From an uncultured Phycisphaerales bacterium (GTDB lineage Bacteria; Planctomycetota; Phycisphaerae; SM23-33): DNA of 63,885 nucleotides. Positions within the stretch are counted from its first letter, which is position 1; each line of letters starts with the position of its first letter. Both the position numbers and the translations under genes were made by a program. The DNA lies in the NCBI GenBank assembly GCA_965369385.1, contig CBDUQP010000003.1, forward strand, positions 1 to 63,885, given 5' to 3'. The notes below the pieces were generated by a model. The model saw nothing but the letters and a program-made list of their open reading frames with translations, searched no databases and was not told where the DNA came from. Below, one piece after another: positions 58,655 to 63,885 of the stretch.

Positions 58655-59644
58655 ATGATGAAGATTTCGCGTTTGGGGATATGTGCCGCAATTTGCTGCG
58701 TGGGGTTTATGACGGTCAGTTCATACGGTGCCAGTCCCATCAAGACTTACACAAAGCCTTGTGTCGATATAGTCCTTTCGTTCGTTCGCTTGGGGAAGAT
58801 TGCCAAGATCGCGGTGAAAGATGGCGATATCGTCATGCCGGGCCAGTTGCTTGTCCAGCTTGACGATTCGGCGGAAAAGGCGGCCGTTGACCGTTTGGCG
58901 GCCAAGGCGAACCAGGATCTTCCGATCCAGGAAGGCAAGGCCAAGCTCGATCAGGCAAAGCTGGACCTCAAGAAGCGTGTGAAACACCCGAATGGGGTGT
59001 CAGCAATGGAAGTGGAGCATGCCAGGCTGACGGTGGTACTATCCGAGATTGCCTTGGCTGTTGCCAGATTCGAGGATGGCCAGAACGCCAGAACGCTCAA
59101 GGAAGCCAAGGTTCAGTTGGATCTTATGAAGATCAAGTGTCCCACGAGCAAATATGGGAGCAAGGGCTCCGGTTTCCGCGTGGAGCAGGTAATACGCAAG
59201 GTGGGTGAGTCGGTGGACCGGCTTGATGAGGTAGTCAGGATAGTGAAGCTCGATCCGCTGTGGTTGGACGTGGACGTGCCCATGGAAGACTTTCTCGAGC
59301 TCGGCCTGACCGAAGGCAGCAAGGCACGGGTTACTTTTTGCGGTGCCGACAAGCCTGTGGAAGGCAAGGTGTTCTTCGTTGCGGGCGTTGGAGATTACGC
59401 CAGTGGTACTCGTCGCGTGCGAGTGGAGTTGCCCAACCCCATGGGCCGGCCCTCCGGTGAAGATGCGACTGTTGTACTTGTTCCCTCGAAATCGTCCAAG
59501 ATATCGCCCAAGCCGGCACCAAAGGTCAAGGTCCCAGCACCGACGGCGACAACAATGCCCAGGAGCGAGTCGTCCGGGAAGGCTTTGCCTGTCGTGATCA
59601 AGCCCTCCAAGTCGGCAGACATGAAAACTGTGATTAAGAAGTAA
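58655..59644 (+). CDS. HlyD-family membrane-fusion/periplasmic adaptor protein (small paralog)
   Basis: AGGAG lies 6 nt before the ATG at 58655. Signal/anchor 'ISRLGICAAICCVGFMTVSSYG'. Lipoyl-like 'GKIAKIAVKDGDIVMPGQLLVQLD'. Coiled-coil segment, then a beta-barrel region 'ARVTFCGADKPVEGKVFFVAGVGDYASGTRRVRVELPN'. K/P/S-rich tail. Confidence 0.8.
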   Translation: MMKISRLGICAAICCVGFMTVSSYGASPIKTYTKPCVDIVLSFVRLGKIAKIAVKDGDIVMPGQLLVQLDDSAEKAAVDRLAAKANQDLPIQEGKAKLDQAKLDLKKRVKHPNGVSAMEVEHARLTVVLSEIALAVARFEDGQNARTLKEAKVQLDLMKIKCPTSKYGSKGSGFRVEQVIRKVGESVDRLDEVVRIVKLDPLWLDVDVPMEDFLELGLTEGSKARVTFCGADKPVEGKVFFVAGVGDYASGTRRVRVELPNPMGRPSGEDATVVLVPSKSSKISPKPAPKVKVPAPTATTMPRSESSGKALPVVIKPSKSADMKTVIKK

Positions 59645-59697
59645 TCGTATCGGATAATCCTCTCGGATTGTCTGAGACGATCAATAACGAGTGTTTT

Positions 59698-59726
59698 GCC
59701 GGGCGAACTGATTGGCCGGCGTTTTT
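59698..59726 (+). terminator. Hairpin plus T-tract between HlyD paralogs 1 and 2 (terminator or attenuator candidate)
   Basis: GCCGG...CCGGC short stem followed by GTTTTT. Weak. Confidence 0.35.
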
Positions 59727-59827
59727 CGTAAGTCCTTGCCGTCGCCCGAGATAACTCTGGACGGTCGGCAGTTTACCACCGGTCAATACGACTGGTACAA
59801 AGAACCAGATACCTGGAGATACTTCAT

Positions 59828-61711
59828 ATGTCGCAAGAGAGCGACTCTGTTTCCAAAGTACAGGGCGATCAAGTGCCCAGCATGAATGCACTGTTCGACG
59901 CCATGCGGGATTTCGATGGTGCTCCGGAAGAGTTCCTGTCTGGCCTCGTGCAATTGCAGGTGCAGGCTGTCAATGGCAAGGGCGGCGCGATCCTTAGGAT
60001 TCCACCTGACGGCACGGTAGAAGCGGTGGCAGTTTACCCGCCATTTCCCGAAAATTCTACCGCGCCGGTCTGGCTAGCCCAGGGTGCGGAACTGGCTGGT
60101 GAAGCCCTTAAACAGGGTGCGATACTCGTCAGGGATATGCACGGAACCGAGGATTTGTACGGACAAGGGCCTCGTGAGCATGTTGTCATGGTACCACTCA
60201 GTGGTGGGCGTGGCAGCATGGGCGTGGCTGTGTTTCTTCTCGGAGCCACCGGGCAGGCAGTTCTCGAAAGACAGGTAGAACGCCTGGAGCTTACGATTTC
60301 GCTGATGTATCTGCACGAGCTGCGACTTGTGCTGGAGCATCGCCAGCTTGATCTTGCCAGGATGCGGGTATCCATGGATACGCTGTCTGCCGTTAATGCA
60401 CACTCCCGATTCACAGGGGCAGCCATGTCCATCTGCAGCGAGATGGCAGCGAGATGGCAGTGCGAGCGAGTGAGCTTCGGCGTGATGGAAGGCCGGTATG
60501 TGAAGCTCAAGGCCATGAGCAATACCGAAAAATTCAGCCGCAAGATGAAACTGGTTCAGGACATCGAAGCTGCCATGGAGGAGTGCCTCGACCAGGATAT
60601 AGAGATTGTCTCTCCGGCAAGTCCCGAGGCTACTTATGTGTCTCGTGCAAATACGGAATTGGCTCGCAAACACGGGCCTTCTGCGGTCGTTAGCATCCCC
60701 CTGCGACGTGACGGCAAGCCGGTTGGCGTTGTGCTGGCAGAGCGTCCGCAAGATCAGCCGCTGGAGCTTGGGCAGATCGAAGCGATGCGACTTTCCTGCG
60801 AACTATGCACTGCGAGATTGCTGGACCTGCACGATACAGATCGCTGGTTCGGTGCCAGGGCTGCCAGCAGTGTAAAGAATGGGCTTTCTACGTTCATGGG
60901 GCCCAAGCACACATGGGCAAAGCTTACTGCCATTGTCGTGTTCCTGATCATTGTTTTCCTCGTCTTCTTCAAGGGTACGTACAGCGCCGAAGGTGAGATG
61001 ACGATCAACGCCGACAAGGAACAGCAGATTACCGCTCCGTTCGAGGGTATTCTGGAGTCGGTGAATGTTAAAGTTGGTGATCCGGTAGTCGCGGGGAAGA
61101 CAGTGCTGTTCGTGTTCGATACAGAGGAAATGAATGGTCGGCTCTTCGAGGCAAAGACGGCACACAGCAGCGCCCTGAAAGAAGCCAAGTATGCCAGGGG
61201 CAAGAACGAGATCGCCGAAGCGGTAACCAAGGAATTGGAAGCCGAAAAGATAATGGCGTCAATACGTCTGCTGGAAAGTCAGATATCGCGAGCATCCGTC
61301 AAGTCGGTAATTGACGGAACGGTCGCAAGCGGTAACCTGGAGCCTCACCTCGGCAGGCGATTTGGCATGGGTGAAGCCATCATGAGCGTGGCAAGGATGG
61401 ACACCGTTCATGCGGAGGTGCTCATAGATGAAGATCAGATTGCGGATATCGAGCTCGGTCAGAAAGGTGAGCTGGCAACGCACGCCAGCCCTGGCGAACA
61501 CATGGCGTTTGTTGTGGAACGAATCGATCCGGTCGCCGAGGTCGCCGAGAATCGCAATGTCTTCAGGGTACGCCTGAGGTTCAAGGATGCCGACACACGA
61601 CTCAAACTCAACATGAGCGGCATCGCAAAGATTCATGTCGGCAAACGCCTGTATGCCTACATTTGGAGCCGCAAGCTGGTTAACTGGTTGCGGATGAAAC
61701 TGTGGATGTAG
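59828..61711 (+). CDS. Tandem-GAF / single TM / HlyD-family membrane-fusion protein
   Basis: GGAGA RBS. The N-terminal ~370 aa reads as two GAF-like modules ('GGAILRIPPDG...VVMVPLSGGRGSMGVAVFLL' and 'ERVSFGVMEGRYVKLKAMSNT...VVSIPLRRDGKPVGVVLAERP'). TM helix 'LTAIVVFLIIVFLVFF'. HlyD lipoyl/coiled-coil/barrel region ('FEGILESVNVKVGDPVVAGKTVLFVFD', 'VFRVRLRF'). Confidence 0.8.
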   Translation: MSQESDSVSKVQGDQVPSMNALFDAMRDFDGAPEEFLSGLVQLQVQAVNGKGGAILRIPPDGTVEAVAVYPPFPENSTAPVWLAQGAELAGEALKQGAILVRDMHGTEDLYGQGPREHVVMVPLSGGRGSMGVAVFLLGATGQAVLERQVERLELTISLMYLHELRLVLEHRQLDLARMRVSMDTLSAVNAHSRFTGAAMSICSEMAARWQCERVSFGVMEGRYVKLKAMSNTEKFSRKMKLVQDIEAAMEECLDQDIEIVSPASPEATYVSRANTELARKHGPSAVVSIPLRRDGKPVGVVLAERPQDQPLELGQIEAMRLSCELCTARLLDLHDTDRWFGARAASSVKNGLSTFMGPKHTWAKLTAIVVFLIIVFLVFFKGTYSAEGEMTINADKEQQITAPFEGILESVNVKVGDPVVAGKTVLFVFDTEEMNGRLFEAKTAHSSALKEAKYARGKNEIAEAVTKELEAEKIMASIRLLESQISRASVKSVIDGTVASGNLEPHLGRRFGMGEAIMSVARMDTVHAEVLIDEDQIADIELGQKGELATHASPGEHMAFVVERIDPVAEVAENRNVFRVRLRFKDADTRLKLNMSGIAKIHVGKRLYAYIWSRKLVNWLRMKLWM

Positions 61712-61752
61712 TGATTGCGGGGCCCGAGGCGTATTGTCATCCTTGAGGATGT

Positions 61753-61773
61753 GGGCTGGCGTCAGCCCGTTTT
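61753..61773 (+). terminator. Hairpin plus T-tract between HlyD paralog 2 and the M50-HlyD gene
   Basis: GGGCTG-GCGT-CAGCCC followed by GTTTTGAGTGTTTCTT. Confidence 0.4.
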
Positions 61774-61812
61774 GAGTGTTTCTTACTGTCCAATCATAAT
61801 TAGAGAATCAAA

Positions 61813-63885
61813 TTGGCGATAGAGCGTCCGACATTCAGTGAATCGTGGTACCGAGTGGCCGACATGTCTCCGCGGCTTCGCTCTGCAGTGCAGGTGTTTC
61901 GTCAGCACTTTCGCGGGCGGATGTGGCACGTGTTACAGGATCCGGGAAGCAACCAGTTTCACCGGTTGTCCGGACCGGCGTACCACTTCATTGCCCTGCT
62001 TGACGGCAGACGCAAGGTGGCGGAAGTATGGGATATCTGCAACGAGGATCTTGGCGATGACGCCCCGACACAAGGCGAGGTAATCCGTCTGCTGGGGCAG
62101 TTGTATTCGTCAAATCTGTTGACTGCGGAAATAAGCCCCGATACGCAGGGTCTGTTCAGCCGCTATAAAAAGAGAGTCAGCCGGGAGGTAAAAGGCTACC
62201 TGACCAACCTGCTGTTCATTCGCGTGCCGATTTTCGATCCTGATCACTTGTTGGATGCTTGGGTGAAGGTGTTTGGGCTGCTGTTCTCTAAGGTCGGCTT
62301 GATCTGCTGGTTGGCATTGTTGTGTGTGGGTGGCTATTTTGCCCTGATCAACTGGCAGGAGTTGGGCGCCCAGAGCATGAACATCCTCAATCCTGATCAC
62401 TTGTGGATGCTGGGCTTGAGTTTCATTGCGATTAAGGCGGTTCACGAATTCGGGCACGCTTTTGCGTGTAAGAAGTTCGGTCAGTATGGTGGCGGGGGAG
62501 AAGTTCACGTAATGGGCATCATGTTCCTGGTGTTCATGCCCTTGCCATATGTTGATGCCACAAGCGCAACGGCGTTCCGCAGCAAGTGGCATAGGGTAAT
62601 CGTCGGTGCGGGCGGTATGTTCAGCGAACTGGCGGTCGCGGCGATAGCAGCAATCGTGTGGGGTTCCGTGGGCGACGGTACGGTGCGGGTTATTGCCTAT
62701 AACTTCATGTTCATTGCCAGTGTGATGACGTTGTTGTTCAACGCCAACCCACTGTTACGATATGATGGTTACTTCATTCTTGCCGACATCCTTGAGATTC
62801 CGAACCTGTCTCAGCGTGCGAAGCAATACCTCCAGTTTCTCGTCAAGAAGTACGTTTGGTCTGTGAGGAATCTGCAAAACCCGGCCCACACCAACGGCGA
62901 GCGGTTCTGGTTTGTTATTTACGGTATTGCATCTTCGATCTACCGCGTATTCATTCTGGTGATGATCCTGCTGTTCCTGAGTAACAGGCTACCGGAACAG
63001 TTGAAGGTGCTCGCGGTGGGAATGGGCTTTATCTCCGGTGCGATCTGGTTGTGCATGCCGATCGGAAAGCTCATTCGCTATCTTGCCACAAACAACGAGT
63101 TGGCCCGAACCCGAGGCCGCGCGGTGGCTACGGTCGTGGGGTTGGTAGTCGCTATTGTGGTGCTTGTTGGTTTTGTGAAGTTTCCTGACAGGTTCCGCGC
63201 AGAAGGTGTTGTCGAGCCTGTAGACTTTGCCATTATCTATGCGAATACCGATGGCTATGTGGGCAACTACCTGCCTTCGGGCACGAAGGTGTTTCCGGAT
63301 GGACCGCCGATCCTGAACGATCCTGCGAAGTATGCAAGTAAGCAGGCCATGTGGGAGAAGCTCAACAGCAGGTTGGCTGCGGAACACACATCACTTGTGG
63401 CACAGATTAAGCAGGTAGAGGTTCAATGGCGGATGGCGGTAGGGAAGGCGCAGGCTGCCGGCGCGCAGGTTCTTGCCCGGCGGCTGGAGGACTTGAGAAA
63501 AAGCGAGGTCCGCGTCCGATCCGATCTGGAGGGTCTGACGATATTCGCCGGGTTCAAGGGAACATGGGATTGCCCCAAGGCCAACAGGTTACCGGGGCAT
63601 TACGCCAAGAAGGGCGACGAGATCGGTAAGCTTGTATCGCTCGACAAAATCATGATCCGGGTCGTCGCCAAGCAGGAGGCGGTCATCGCGTTGAGGAGCC
63701 TGCGGGATAGCAATTGGGTTGTACCAATTGAGATTCGCGTGAAGGGCAGACCAGATCCCGCGTTTGGCGGAAAGGTAACGAAGATATTCCCCGCAGGCAG
63801 CACCCGGTTGCCGTCGGGGGCGCTGGGGTATGCAGCCGGTGGTAGGGTGGCAGTAAAGACGGCGGCCACGAAGGGGACTACGGCG
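61813..63885 (+). CDS. PqqD/RRE-like domain / M50 (site-2-protease-type) zinc metalloprotease / HlyD-like domain fusion, 3' end beyond window
   Basis: Not in the supplied ORF track because no stop occurs. I translated frame 1 from TAG at 61801-61803 to nt 63885 (691 codons) without a stop. 'HEFGH' at 62443-62457. 'NANPLLRYDG' (NxxPxxxxDG) at 62740-62769. Multiple TM helices. The C-terminal part ('RAEGVVEPVDFAIIYANTDGYV...coiled coil...IEIRVKGRP') is HlyD-like. The start is assigned to TTG at 61813 and is uncertain. Confidence 0.8.
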   Translation, partial: MAIERPTFSESWYRVADMSPRLRSAVQVFRQHFRGRMWHVLQDPGSNQFHRLSGPAYHFIALLDGRRKVAEVWDICNEDLGDDAPTQGEVIRLLGQLYSSNLLTAEISPDTQGLFSRYKKRVSREVKGYLTNLLFIRVPIFDPDHLLDAWVKVFGLLFSKVGLICWLALLCVGGYFALINWQELGAQSMNILNPDHLWMLGLSFIAIKAVHEFGHAFACKKFGQYGGGGEVHVMGIMFLVFMPLPYVDATSATAFRSKWHRVIVGAGGMFSELAVAAIAAIVWGSVGDGTVRVIAYNFMFIASVMTLLFNANPLLRYDGYFILADILEIPNLSQRAKQYLQFLVKKYVWSVRNLQNPAHTNGERFWFVIYGIASSIYRVFILVMILLFLSNRLPEQLKVLAVGMGFISGAIWLCMPIGKLIRYLATNNELARTRGRAVATVVGLVVAIVVLVGFVKFPDRFRAEGVVEPVDFAIIYANTDGYVGNYLPSGTKVFPDGPPILNDPAKYASKQAMWEKLNSRLAAEHTSLVAQIKQVEVQWRMAVGKAQAAGAQVLARRLEDLRKSEVRVRSDLEGLTIFAGFKGTWDCPKANRLPGHYAKKGDEIGKLVSLDKIMIRVVAKQEAVIALRSLRDSNWVVPIEIRVKGRPDPAFGGKVTKIFPAGSTRLPSGALGYAAGGRVAVKTAATKGTTA

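Overview
The gene content of this 63.9-kb window resembles a Planctomycetota-type chromosome: a DUF1559/H-X9-DG pseudopilin, an ECF sigma/anti-sigma pair, and giant secreted proteins that open with an 'E-x-(L/F)-E-(P/Q)-R' N-terminal motif. The taxonomic call is inference only. Housekeeping blocks are clear: gap-pgk-rpe-(His-less phosphatase homolog)-accD on the + strand, and DUF502-hpf-ptsN-HPr-ptsI followed by DUF2344-rne on the - strand. There is also a cyclophilin, a tRNA-Lys(CUU), and an arsR-permease-thioredoxin-like module. About 38% of the window (24.4 kb) is taken up by three giant secreted proteins of roughly 2292, 4317 and 1524 aa. The third carries a subtilisin S8 domain. All three share an N-terminal leader motif and a co-linear C-terminal beta-solenoid-like module. 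The most unusual locus is at the 3' end (58.6 kb to the window edge). It holds three consecutive HlyD-type membrane-fusion paralogs: one plain, one fused to tandem cytoplasmic GAF domains, and one fused to an M50/S2P HExxH metalloprotease with a PqqD/RRE-like N-terminus. That last ORF is open to the window end and is missing from the supplied ORF track. No transporter partner is visible. Other items worth a second look:
- an ~80-90-nt intergenic element present twice in direct orientation, bracketing the ptsN-HPr-ptsI block
- a frameshifted enolase-superfamily gene next to a GNAT plus OSBS/NSAR-type enolase pair
- a histidine-phosphatase homolog lacking both catalytic histidines
- long homopolymer tracts (G10, C11) inside coding regions
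- a ~0.9-kb unassigned gap beside the tRNA
I did not recognise any CRISPR array, transposase, integrase or phage genes. All domain calls come from reading motifs in the translations, and no database search was run.
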